DNA of 64,000 bases from a virus. This document shows positions 18,206 to 27,977 of this stretch, piece by piece. The translations under genes and the position numbers were made by a program. The stretch spans positions 94,302 through 158,301 of IMG/VR virus record IMGVR_UViG_3300020477_000001. One strand, written 5' to 3'. Position 1 is the stretch's first letter. Every line of letters starts with the position of its first letter. Below the pieces are notes generated by a model. It did no database searches, had not been told where the DNA came from, and saw only the letters and a program-made list of their open reading frames with translations.

Positions 18206-19129
18206 ATGTACAATTTGTGCTGCATATCAAATTCATTAGCCAAAGAGGGTCACAAGTTTCAGACCATGACTTGGGCTAGGTTCTCCAAGTTACCCCGCGA
18301 AGAAGCTATTGCAATCGTTTCTGCTCGCACTCTTAACAATCTGAAAGTTACGCGCAAGATTCTTGAGCAGTGTGCAGAGCATGGCTGGGGCTATCGCGTT
18401 AGCTCTGCTTTATTTCCACTTCTTACTTACGATGTAGCAGAACTCAAAATTCAAGACTACCCAGACTGGATTGACATACAAGCTGCATTTGCAGACTGCA
18501 ATATGTTCATCAATGACAATCGTATCCGCATCTCATGTCATCCAGATCAGTTCAATGTTCTTGCAAGCTTGGGTAAAGCGCAGGTAGAAAAGACTATCAA
18601 AGAACTCAATCATCATGGTTGGTTCATGGATATGCTTGGTGCTCCTCGCGACTATCGCGCACCCATCAACATTCATGTCAACAACACCAAAGGCGAGCCT
18701 TCAGAAATTGCTGACCGTTTTATGCTCAACCTTTACAAGTGCGACCAATCTGTACGCTCACGACTAGTCATAGAGAACGAAGACAAAGGCATCTGGACTC
18801 CAGCGTTACTTGTCGAGCATTTCACCACATTGCCCATTACTTACGACAACCTACACCACAAATGCTTACCCGATGGCCTCACAGAGGATGAAGCCTATCG
18901 CTTGTGCTATAACACATGGCAAGATAACGGTTACTTCAAACCACTGTTTCATTACTCAGAGTCTCACCCAGACAAAAACAATCCACGTAGCCATGCCGAC
19001 ACACCCACCGAGATACCGCTGGACGGCGGACATTCTTTCCCTGTTGACTACGACATAGAACTCAAGTCAAAAGATGACGCCATTAAAGAGATACAAAGAT
19101 TAGAACTGAAGGGGTTAATAAATGGATAA
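18206..19129 (+). CDS. uvsE: UV DNA damage endonuclease
   Basis: YRVSSALFP, ISCHPDQFNVL, ENEDK, DNLHH, HYSES, SHAD, ELKSKD. Confidence 0.9.
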   Translation: MYNLCCISNSLAKEGHKFQTMTWARFSKLPREEAIAIVSARTLNNLKVTRKILEQCAEHGWGYRVSSALFPLLTYDVAELKIQDYPDWIDIQAAFADCNMFINDNRIRISCHPDQFNVLASLGKAQVEKTIKELNHHGWFMDMLGAPRDYRAPINIHVNNTKGEPSEIADRFMLNLYKCDQSVRSRLVIENEDKGIWTPALLVEHFTTLPITYDNLHHKCLPDGLTEDEAYRLCYNTWQDNGYFKPLFHYSESHPDKNNPRSHADTPTEIPLDGGHSFPVDYDIELKSKDDAIKEIQRLELKGLING

Positions 19130-20039
19130 AAAAGAGAAAACAAAATCGACAGATAGAAATATAGTTTGCATAGATTGCGGGGAGGAGTTTACAGGATGCT
19201 ATAGAACCAAGAGATGCAAACCCTGCGCGAAAGAGAGGGCGAACGCTTTAGCTAGAAAGAGGAGGGCAGCTAACCCAGAGAAATATCGCACTTACGATAG
19301 AGCTAGATATGCCGCCTCCCCGAAGAGACGTGAGCAATCGCTTGCAAGTCAGCATCGCAATATAGAGAGAACTAGAGCAACCAGAAGAAAGAGTTACAAT
19401 AATAATAGAGATAAAATTTTAGCCAAAGCAAAATCGGATCGCGAGGCTAACCCAGAGAAATATCGTGAACGGAAGAGGGTTGCTTACCGCGCTAACCCAG
19501 AGAAACACCGAAAAGAGGCAAGAGACCGAAGGGCGGCTAATCCAGAAAAGTACCGCGCCCAAGCTAAGGCTAGGTATCATGCCAACCCGCAAAAATTCCG
19601 CGATCAAAGGAAAAAGTCTTTTGAAAACAACCGAGAGGAAGTAAACAGACGAGCTAAGGAGAAAAGGGCAGCTAACCTAGAGAAATATCGCGCTAGAGAC
19701 AAAGAGGCTGAAAAAAGACGACCTGCTGGGCAAGCACTGGCGAAATCCAATGCGAGAAAAGCACTTAAACAGTCTGCAATCTTACCTACAACAGATTTTG
19801 ATAAAATAAAAAATCTTTACAAAGAAAGGACTAGACTAACAAAAAAAACAGGCATAGAGCATCACGTTGATCATATAATCCAATTAACCCTAGGAGGCGC
19901 ACACCATCAAGACAATTTGCGCGTGATAACAGCAAAAGAAAACCTCACAAGGGGTTACGACTACGACCCCACTCTTGGTGGTGTATGGGCAAACAATGAC
20001 CGAGCAAGGAAAACTAAGAAAAAATTAGGAATCAAATAA
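19122..20039 (+). CDS. HNH endonuclease with N-terminal Zn ribbon and ANPEKYR helical repeats
   Basis: CIDC..CKPC; several ANPEK repeats; HVDHIIQL..GGAH..DNLRVITAKEN. Confidence 0.85.
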   Translation: MDKKEKTKSTDRNIVCIDCGEEFTGCYRTKRCKPCAKERANALARKRRAANPEKYRTYDRARYAASPKRREQSLASQHRNIERTRATRRKSYNNNRDKILAKAKSDREANPEKYRERKRVAYRANPEKHRKEARDRRAANPEKYRAQAKARYHANPQKFRDQRKKSFENNREEVNRRAKEKRAANLEKYRARDKEAEKRRPAGQALAKSNARKALKQSAILPTTDFDKIKNLYKERTRLTKKTGIEHHVDHIIQLTLGGAHHQDNLRVITAKENLTRGYDYDPTLGGVWANNDRARKTKKKLGIK

Positions 20040-20207
20040 TGATAACGCCCCCGAAGATCATAGGTTTTATATGGGTAGCATTCTTAACACTGTTTTACTT
20101 CTTCGCCTCAATAGCTGTTTTTATTGTTACTTCAATCGCTAATATTTTTAAAAAAGAATAAATAAAAAACCTTGACTAAAGTTAAAAAACTCTCTATTAT
20201 ATTACCC

Positions 20208-21089
20208 ATGAAGAGAATTGATACTTATTTCGCAAAAGAGTACGAGGCAGACACACCCACTGCCTCTATGCGTAAGTTGCGCCCAGTGGCTGAAGCAGCT
20301 AGTGCTGCTGGTTACGCAAACATCTTGAAGACATCCTCCAGCGAAGGCGTTAGCGACAAGCTAAAAAAAATTCACAATGCAGATTACGTGGAAGCCTTCT
20401 CTAACGGTACTTATCCGCTCAGCGAAAGCAATGGATGGGGCTGGAGCAAAGAGATTAGGGACGGCGTTTTCAGAATTAACACAGGGCAGCTTGACGCTGC
20501 TAAAGCTGCGTTAAGCAACGGCATTGCAGCAAATGTAGCGCAGGGGTTTCACCATGCTGGAATCGAAAGAGGCTGCGGTTATTGTACCTTCAATGGGTTA
20601 GCACTAGTCGCTAATGAATACAAGACCAAGAAAGTATTCGTTTTAGACTGCGATGAGCATGGAGGCAATGGTACGGCTGAGTTTACCAACATACTGGACA
20701 ACTTATCGCAGGTAACCATCAACGGCTCTAATTTCGGAACCGAAGAGAACCCCCGCAGCCGATGCATTACTCTTCCTCGAATCACTAACCGATTTGAGCT
20801 TTACGAAGATGCACTGGAAGAAGGCTTCTCTATAATGGATAGGTTCGAGCCCGACTTGGTTATCTACCAAGCTGGTGCTGATCCTCACATTGACGATCCC
20901 TTGGGCTCTCTGGGTATGACAACCGAACAAATGTACAACAGAGACAAGAAAGTATTTACGAAGCTCAAAGCTTCAAATATACCGACAATGTTCGTACTGG
21001 CGGGGGGCTATCAAACCCCGATTGAGGAAAAACTTGTACCGCTGCACTTGAACACCTTCAAGGCTGCTCACGAAGTATACAACAATTAA
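20208..21089 (+). CDS. histone deacetylase/acetylpolyamine amidohydrolase-family protein
   Basis: GFHHAG, GYCTFN, LDCDEHGGNGT, QAGADPH.DDPLG, GGY; start moved to the leaderless ATG. Confidence 0.9.
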   Translation: MKRIDTYFAKEYEADTPTASMRKLRPVAEAASAAGYANILKTSSSEGVSDKLKKIHNADYVEAFSNGTYPLSESNGWGWSKEIRDGVFRINTGQLDAAKAALSNGIAANVAQGFHHAGIERGCGYCTFNGLALVANEYKTKKVFVLDCDEHGGNGTAEFTNILDNLSQVTINGSNFGTEENPRSRCITLPRITNRFELYEDALEEGFSIMDRFEPDLVIYQAGADPHIDDPLGSLGMTTEQMYNRDKKVFTKLKASNIPTMFVLAGGYQTPIEEKLVPLHLNTFKAAHEVYNN

Positions 21090-21134
21090 AGGAACAACAA
21101 CACAGCACCAAAGATACTATCTCCGTAGCATACT

Positions 21135-21545
21135 ATGAACATCAAAAGAGAAACAACAACAGCATGGGTAGTTTTCCCAGAATATACCCAATGGGAAAAC
21201 AAGGACAATAAAATGTTCTGGGATGAAGATTACGACCTAGAAGCTGCCGCAGATGCTGCCGTAAAACATTCATGGAAAAAGCCCATAATGACTAGAAAAT
21301 GGCCTCGGCCTGTCACTTTCGGTGACTTTGTGCTTGTTACCAATAGCAATTCAAGCGAGTGGTTTAAGATGATTCGCTGTAAAGGCGGATGTAATGGCTA
21401 TGAGTGGCAAGTCTCATCTTGGGAAGAGGTTTTTGGCGAAGAGGCGGCAGTTAGGAAAGACATGAAAGGATACCTTGAAGACGCTGCTAAAGTAAATGAC
21501 GCCCTAACTGAATTTGAGGAGAAACAATGCACAACGGAAAAGTAG
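21135..21545 (+). CDS. hypothetical protein
   Basis: ORF track. Confidence 0.5.
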   Translation: MNIKRETTTAWVVFPEYTQWENKDNKMFWDEDYDLEAAADAAVKHSWKKPIMTRKWPRPVTFGDFVLVTNSNSSEWFKMIRCKGGCNGYEWQVSSWEEVFGEEAAVRKDMKGYLEDAAKVNDALTEFEEKQCTTEK

Positions 21546-21961
21546 GATTTACTTGTAGCTGCTTTGACCTTTTACACGCTGGCCACTGCTTGATGCTGAA
21601 GGACTGCAAAGAGCAGTGCGACTGGCTTGTCGTTGGCCTCCAAACCGACCCCAGCGTCGATAGACCAGAGAAAAACAAACCAGTCCAGTCACTTGAAGAA
21701 AGAAAGATACAATTAGAAAGCATAAAGTACGTTGATCAAGTGCAAATATACGAAACAGAATCAGACCTAGTAAAACTGATTGAGGATGTCCATCCAGACG
21801 TAAGGATACTCGGTAGCGATTATATAAATAAAAAATTCACTGGCGATCACCTAGACATTCCCGTATACTACCACGAAAGAAACCACGATTGGTCCACTAG
21901 CGATTTAAGAAAAAGAATCAAAGGGGAATGGCCTCACCATACAGACTATCTGGATGACTAA
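21527..21961 (+). CDS. glycerol-3-phosphate cytidylyltransferase-like protein
   Basis: FDLLHAGH, LVVGLQTDPS.DRPEKNKP, STSDLR. Confidence 0.85.
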   Translation: MHNGKVGFTCSCFDLLHAGHCLMLKDCKEQCDWLVVGLQTDPSVDRPEKNKPVQSLEERKIQLESIKYVDQVQIYETESDLVKLIEDVHPDVRILGSDYINKKFTGDHLDIPVYYHERNHDWSTSDLRKRIKGEWPHHTDYLDD

Positions 21962-22189
21962 CCAGCGTACTGCAACACAATAAAAAAACGCGATTAATAA
22001 AATAATGAAAGCCTTTCCTTTAGTTCTTTTAATTTTATTTATTTTTATTTCTGGCCCTTTAGTTACCATTTGGATGCTTAATACTCTATTTTCTGTAGAT
22101 ATTCCATACACTTTGGAAACTTGGGCTGCTGCTTTTGTATTAGGAGCCGCGCTTTACGGTCCTAACGCAAGGAAAGAACTACGCGATAA

Positions 22190-22468
22190 ATGAAGAGAGT
22201 AGATATACAAAATCATATAAATGAACACTACCCAGAAATGGATGAAGATATTCTTTTAGCTGATGGATTCGAGAAAGCTTTTTTGGGGATTGCTAATAGT
22301 TATTGCTCCGCGCCCAGAGCTTGCTATGATGCTGATAAATGTATAGAAATCCTAGAAAAGAGAGACGGAATGAGTCATGAGGAAGCTATTGAATTTTTTA
22401 ATTTTAATGTTTCTTCTGCTTATGTCGGGGAGTTTACGCCAGCATTTATGAAATTGGCGCATAGTTGA
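22190..22468 (+). CDS. conserved phage hypothetical protein
   Basis: ADGFEKAFLG...EEAIEFFNFNV..AYVGE.TP. Confidence 0.55.
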   Translation: MKRVDIQNHINEHYPEMDEDILLADGFEKAFLGIANSYCSAPRACYDADKCIEILEKRDGMSHEEAIEFFNFNVSSAYVGEFTPAFMKLAHS

Positions 22469-22738
22469 TATTTCTTGACACTGTTTTTGTTTATGTTATT
22501 TTTTCGGCCATGAGAATGGCCGACTTCGTGAAAGGGCATAATAAGCTGAAAATTAGCAGTTTTCAGTACCTTTGTGCGTTTCAAGCTGGCCACTTAGATA
22601 AAGACAAGGATGATTCTTATTGTCCTTATACATTTCCGCCGCAAATAGAAGCATATTTTCAAGGTAAAAAAAATAAAAACAAAAAAATTATTAACAAATT
22701 CTTGACTTAATTAAAAATGAATGGAATAGTGGGACTCC

Positions 22739-23692
22739 ATGAGTAGCTACCTAGAAGAAAAGTCGTCGGAAGATTTATATTTTAATGAAATTTCAAGATA
22801 CGATTTAATCTCCTCGGATCGAGAAAAAGAGTTAGCAAAAAAAATAAAAAAAGGCGGAAGAACTGGCAAAAAAGCCCTTGAAGAATTAGTTAATGCTAAT
22901 TTAAGATTAGTCGTAAAGATAGCTGGAGAGTTCAAAGGCTTTGGGTTGGATTCTGGCGATTTAATCAACGAGGGAAACCTCGGATTGATGAGGGCCGCTG
23001 AAAAGTATGATGGCCGCGAAGGCGTTAAGTTTTCAACATATTCCGCGTATTGGATAAGGCAAAGTATCTACAGAGCCCTCTCGAATAAGAGCAGAACAAT
23101 TAGGCTTCCCGTTCATGTTTGCGCTGCTAATTCTAAAATAATTAAATTTATTTCAAAATACCAAGAATCCAACAATGGAAAAAAGCCTTCAGTTAAGCAG
23201 ATAGCGAAAGCCACCAACGCAACAGAAAGATTGGTGTCGGATGTAATAAATGGTGGAGTGACCAACGTAAACTCTCTAGACAGAGAAATCGGAACTGATG
23301 ACAGCGGCTCTAAAGAGACCCTAGGGAACATAATTGAGGACCAAAACGCTGAATCCCCCGACCAAATCTGGAAAAACGTGGAAGATGTTAGTATTCTATT
23401 AAAATTGATACAAAAATTAAATAATAGAGAAAGATACATAATTTGCAATAGATATGGAATAGGAACCAAGACCCCAAAAACTCTAGAAGAAATTGGGGAA
23501 CACTTCGGCGTTACTAGGGAAAGAATAAGGCAGGTACAAAAAGTAGCAATGATGAAGTTAAAAAACTACATGGATAAGTATTATAGATACAAGCCAGAGG
23601 TTGAGGATCATTATGTTGAAGGCCGAAGATTTGTAGCAAGGGTTAAAAGAGAAGAAAAAGCCAGAGAAAAGAAAAAAAAGGTTAAAAAATAG
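22739..23692 (+). CDS. RpoD/RpoS-like sigma-70 factor
   Basis: ANLRLVVKIA, DLINEGNLGLMRAAEKYD, FSTYSAYWIRQ, TLEEIG..FGVTRERIRQ. Confidence 0.92.
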   Translation: MSSYLEEKSSEDLYFNEISRYDLISSDREKELAKKIKKGGRTGKKALEELVNANLRLVVKIAGEFKGFGLDSGDLINEGNLGLMRAAEKYDGREGVKFSTYSAYWIRQSIYRALSNKSRTIRLPVHVCAANSKIIKFISKYQESNNGKKPSVKQIAKATNATERLVSDVINGGVTNVNSLDREIGTDDSGSKETLGNIIEDQNAESPDQIWKNVEDVSILLKLIQKLNNRERYIICNRYGIGTKTPKTLEEIGEHFGVTRERIRQVQKVAMMKLKNYMDKYYRYKPEVEDHYVEGRRFVARVKREEKAREKKKKVKK

Positions 23693-23944
23693 TGTAATTT
23701 TTTTAAGAACTGCTACACTGGTTCAATAATAGAATAACAATCAAACTAAATATGTAAACACAACAACAATAAAGGGGGCGCATGAAAGATTCAGAATTAT
23801 TATTAAGGGAGGTTTCTTTTGAGTTATTAGGCAAGTTGAACGATACTTACGAAAGTGATTCCGAATATGCGGCGGGGCAAAGGTTTGCATACCTTAAATC
23901 AATTTTAATCATTAAAAAGAAACTATCTGAAACTAGGAATAATA

Positions 23945-24514
23945 ATGCCAAGACACCCAATTGATGATGAGGTTTACACGTTCGACGATATAGGCAAAAA
24001 TGCGCCAAGGTTGAGCTACAATCGTAAAATTAAAAAGATCGTCTTCGAGAACTACGAAGCTTTCTGGCTTTTGCTTCACGCCACAAAACACCCAGATATT
24101 ATTAATGGAGTTATCTTTGAAACAGATGACAACTTCAAGGCTCATTATATAAAACAAACAGGGGATAAAGACTTAAATAATCTTTATATAAATAAATTTA
24201 TTTTAAAAGAGATGATGGAGGCTATGAACATAAGCGACCAGCATGATACCTTCCAAGGGTCATTCCAAGATAAGAATATGCACCTCTGGATGACCAACCA
24301 AAATGAATCCGAGAACATGGAGGATGCCAAGGTTCTCAGCAGTAAGTCTCAGTCAGAGCGGCAGAAGAGATTTGATCAAAAGACCAAGGAGAGAGAGCAA
24401 CAAGGAGAAGAAAGAATGAACGCACAAGAATTCCTTGAGTGGTCATCGGAGCATGTAGAAGAAGACTTAAAAAAGAGAATAGATGCAGGAGACACAAATT
24501 GGAAATTCTTATAA
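23945..24514 (+). CDS. hypothetical protein
   Basis: ORF track. Confidence 0.5.
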   Translation: MPRHPIDDEVYTFDDIGKNAPRLSYNRKIKKIVFENYEAFWLLLHATKHPDIINGVIFETDDNFKAHYIKQTGDKDLNNLYINKFILKEMMEAMNISDQHDTFQGSFQDKNMHLWMTNQNESENMEDAKVLSSKSQSERQKRFDQKTKEREQQGEERMNAQEFLEWSSEHVEEDLKKRIDAGDTNWKFL

Positions 24515-25381
24515 TGCAAAAGCCAGACAACAAAATGAAGCGCTGGCTAAACTCTCAGACCAAAGATTTAAAAAAAATTAATTTTAATTCTCTGGTAAAT
24601 TCATTCAAAGACAAGTTTAAGGTCAGTATCAACGATGCTCGTATGTACGTGATGCAATGGGACCACGACAGAAACAAGCATTAAACCGCCGTATTAGATG
24701 CTTGACATATATTAAAAAACTCCTTATCATATATCTACAGACATACCTTAAGATATATATAGGAACAAACAATGGACTTAATATTTGCGGCAATAGTGAT
24801 ATACTTCTTCTGCTTTGCTTTTAAGCAGCTAGTCAAGGATTTGTAAATCGAGGGGGAGCTACAACACAACAAATTGTGAAAACAATAGCCCTGTTTTTAC
24901 GAGCTTTTTACACATTTTTTAAAACACTCACAGTGAACTACAACACTATAAGCTAGTATGGAACTAATAAACACAATAAAGCATTTCAAAAGAATAAAAT
25001 AAAATATTGAAGTGTATTAAAATGGGTTAATGTGGGGTGCATATTATATATATATCCGTCAAGCATTAAATTTAAAAACTATTCACATATTTATTAACAC
25101 TGAAACCACGTCAAGCAAAAACAACAAAAAACAATAAAAAACTTATTAATATTTTCTAAGTCAAGAAAAAACAAACAAAAACTTAAAAAATTATTATTGA
25201 CTATATAGCAAATATATGGGCTTAAAACCAAGAAAAGAAGGAGAAGCAAAAAGAATAGCAACATACATAATATTAATCATATATGGAATTGTTATACTTA
25301 TAGTTTATCTATTAAATAAATTATTTTCTTGACACAGATAAATGGAATTAAAACACAATAAAGAATAGAGGGTTTTTTTTG

Positions 25382-25482
25382 TTGACTTAACTTAAATAAA
25401 TTAGTATAATGTTTCCAAAGGGGCTTCATCACAACAAAGGTAAGATTTTTCTTGACTTAAGTTAAATAATATATTAAAATTT
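25382..25482 (+). promoter_or_regulatory. tandem duplicated sigma70 promoters upstream of the repeat region
   Basis: TTGACT-17-TATAAT at 25382-25410 and a near-copy at about 25453, both followed by TTTCCAAAGGG; no ORF downstream. Confidence 0.6.
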
Positions 25483-25577
25483 TCCAAAGGGATTTTTTTT
25501 ATTTTTTTTAATTCTTATAATAGGAATTATTTTTTTCTTGACAAGTAAATAATGTTTCTTATTCTTATTATGCTTAA

Positions 25578-25795
25578 GGAGCTACACCACGTTATTAACA
25601 CCAACGTACACGGAACTACACCACCCATTTGCCGACGATTGATTTTTAAGGAACTAAAGCACGGATTCGAACTCACGTCTGGAACTACGACACCCATTTA
25701 CCAAGGAGCCGCAACACGTCGAATGCAGTGGTATATTTGTGAACGCAATCGAGCCAAATAATAGGAACTAAATACACGAGGTCGGGAGTTCAGAA
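25578..25795 (+). repeat. mini-array of 13-nt cores GGARCT-NNNN-CAC
   Basis: Cores at 25578, 25612, 25650, 25681, 25705 and 25764, separated by unique sequence. Confidence 0.7.
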
Positions 25796-25800
25796 AAGCC

Positions 25801-25829
25801 TTGACTCATCTTAAAAAACTCTTCATAAT
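25801..25829 (+). promoter_or_regulatory. promoter of the CRISPR array
   Basis: TTGACT-catcttaaaaaactctt(17)-CATAAT; same class as the tnpB-unit promoter. Confidence 0.7.
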
Positions 25830-25925
25830 AGTCCCCAGATTAAGAAACTGATCTTTGACATAGGCACTGCAACACACGAGGCCAAAGACATTCAAGGGAC
25901 TACAACACAACATTATGGTATTCCT

Positions 25926-26476
25926 TAGCAATTTAAGGGACTGCAACACAGTAAGGCGATTATAACATCGCGCTCGACGGTTCGCACTGGTACTAATTTA
26001 AGGGACTGCAACACTGCAACCATGCTAACTAACGTGGTTACACAGCTTCGCACTGGTAGCAATTTAAGGGACTGCAACACTGTTACACACATCGCTGCGA
26101 TGAAGCGGCGGCTTCGCACTGGTACAGATTTTAGGGACTGCAACACCGTATCAGAACGAGATATCGTCCCGCCTTGGGCTTCGCACTGGTAGCAATTTAA
26201 GGGACTGCAACACTTAGTCGAACCGCATAACGTCGAGTGTCTGCTTCGCACTGATAGCAATTTAAGGGACTGCAACACAATGAGGCAGATAATGGAAGGG
26301 GTAGCTAGCTTCGCACTGATAGCAATTTAAGGGACTGCAACACAAAACTGCACCAACAGGAAGCGGAATCACAGTTTTGCACTGGTACTAATTTAAGGGA
26401 CTGCAACACAAGGGGTGACGTAGTGGAAGCGACCACATAAGCTTCGCACTGGTACAGATTTTAGGGACAACAACAC
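25926..26476 (+). CRISPR. CRISPR array: 8 full repeats plus 1 partial, 36 bp (GCTTCGCACTGGTAGCAATTTAAGGGACTGCAACAC), 8 spacers of 29-31 bp, no adjacent cas genes
   Basis: Repeats start at 25926 (partial), 25979, 26045, 26111, 26178, 26243, 26308, 26374, 26441; spacers are unique, lengths 29,30,30,31,29,29,30,31. Confidence 0.92.
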
Positions 26477-26495
26477 AGTAAAGAACCCTACGTAC

Positions 26496-27358
26496 ATATT
26501 TGTGAATGATTTTTGGACAAATAAAGGAACAACAACACTGAATCTCTAGGCGATATTTGTGAATGATTTTAAGGCAAATAAAGGGAACTACAACACTCTG
26601 TTAAAGTCCGTCCAACACGAGGCGGCGAGAATTGATGCCGATCAAAATACTTAATTATTGATTGACTAATTTTTTTGTCGCTCATTTGTGAACGTCAAAG
26701 AGGCAAATAATATAGGGGAATTAAATTAGATATTTTAGATTAATAGGGACTAATTAAACACGATGCTCAATCCCAATATTGTTAATTTATGAATGATTTT
26801 TTGCCAAATAAGGGTTATTTAACATAAGGGAATTTCGTATACAAGAAAAATGTTGCCCCGGAGAAAACACCCCCTTATAAGAAATATATTAAAGGAACTA
26901 AAACACAACAAAAGTGATGAAGAATTTAATTTTAATTATTATTATTTTAATTATTACTGGTTGTTATACAGCCAAGGAAAGAGTAATGCCTCTTGGTCCC
27001 CATGATGATAGCTATGGTAAGAATTGGGTAAGTAATTAAGGAACTGTAACACCAAATCCAGCATGGCGTTTAGATATTTTGGGAACTAAAACACGGGTAT
27101 AGCTCATTTGAAATAGGAACTAGAACACATGTGGTGCGCCATTATATTTGTGAACGCGATTTTTGCAAATAAAGGAACTACAACACCAGCGGTTTCAGAA
27201 GCTATCTGTGAACGCGATTTTTGCAAATAAAGGAACTACAACACCCGTCATGGAATTATAACACTAACTCCTCAGATGGAACTACAACACGTTGAGATAC
27301 TGCTTTCGCGGGAGCTATCTGTGAACACAATTTTTGCAAATATAGGGAACTACAACAC
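26496..27358 (+). repeat. second repeat family (~43 bp) ATATTTGTGAAYG..TTTT.GCAAATAAAGGAACTACAACAC
   Basis: Copies at 26496-26538, 26553-26596, 27144-27186, 27203-27244, 27316-27358 (also 25733-25777; decayed copies near 26684 and 26785). Confidence 0.75.
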
Positions 27359-27510
27359 GACGGGAACTCACGACGGAGAGTTAATCAAGGAACAACAACA
27401 CGAAAACTTTTTCTGTATTCTTGATCTTGTAATGGAACTACAACACTCAAGGGCGGCTCATTTTAATTTAAAATAAAAAAGGGAACTACGACACTTGCTA
27501 TTATTAATTG
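27040..27510 (+). repeat. mini-array of 13-nt cores
   Basis: Cores at 27040, 27082, 27116, 27174, 27232, 27252, 27278, 27346, 27389, 27434, 27482. Confidence 0.75.
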
Positions 27511-27589
27511 TATCTTTAATTAGTGTAATTATTATTGTCTATAAGTTTTTATTGACTGTAATTAAATTGCTCTATATAAAAGGATACAC

Positions 27590-27826
27590 ATGAAAAAAAA
27601 GAAACTATCCCCGCAAGCCCAAATATACGAGAAGGCTTGGAACGACGTAGTGTCCGAAATGAGTGACCATAAAAGAAATATTATTATTAATAATTTTACT
27701 GTTGTCAGTGGTCATCATGTATATGAGAATAAATATGATCAAAGGGTAGCAGATGAAGCAGCTAAGGAAGCCCGTATACGAGGTGACCAACAAATAGAAG
27801 CACTGTTTCCAACTGGCAAGTATTAA
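27590..27826 (+). CDS. hypothetical protein
   Basis: ORF track; upstream TTGACT promoter. Confidence 0.5.
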   Translation: MKKKKLSPQAQIYEKAWNDVVSEMSDHKRNIIINNFTVVSGHHVYENKYDQRVADEAAKEARIRGDQQIEALFPTGKY

Positions 27827-27827
27827 A

Positions 27828-27925
27828 GGTACTACAACACGAGCGGGCACTACAGTGGTAGGAACAACAACACAGTCCCCTGCTATAATCTATGGAACTA
27901 AAGCACGAGTGCATATAGTAGAAAA
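27828..27925 (+). repeat. three-unit mini-array, 33-bp period (13-nt core plus 20-nt spacer)
   Basis: Cores at 27828, 27861 and 27894, directly after a stop codon. Confidence 0.75.
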
Positions 27926-27977
27926 AAATAAAAAAAAATAATTGACTTAAATTAAAAAAAACTTCATACTGGTCGCC

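Noticed and set aside
19240-19700. GCTAACCCAGAGAAATATCG nucleotide repeats
   Set aside because: They are in-frame ANPEKYR protein repeats of the HNH endonuclease, not a non-coding array.
25925-26278. ORF-track proteins over the repeat region (25925-26278 -, 25552-25761 +, 27276-27476 +)
   Set aside because: Their repetitive translations (VLQSLKL, ELQH) are by-products of the nucleotide repeats.
25950-26440. Self-targeting of array spacers within this window
   Set aside because: No match was noticed by eye. This was not exhaustively searched, so it is unproven either way.
25926-27925. TIGR-type dual-spacer array
   Set aside because: Units are one repeat plus one spacer, not alternating edge/loop repeats with two ~9-nt spacers, and no Nop-domain gene was seen.
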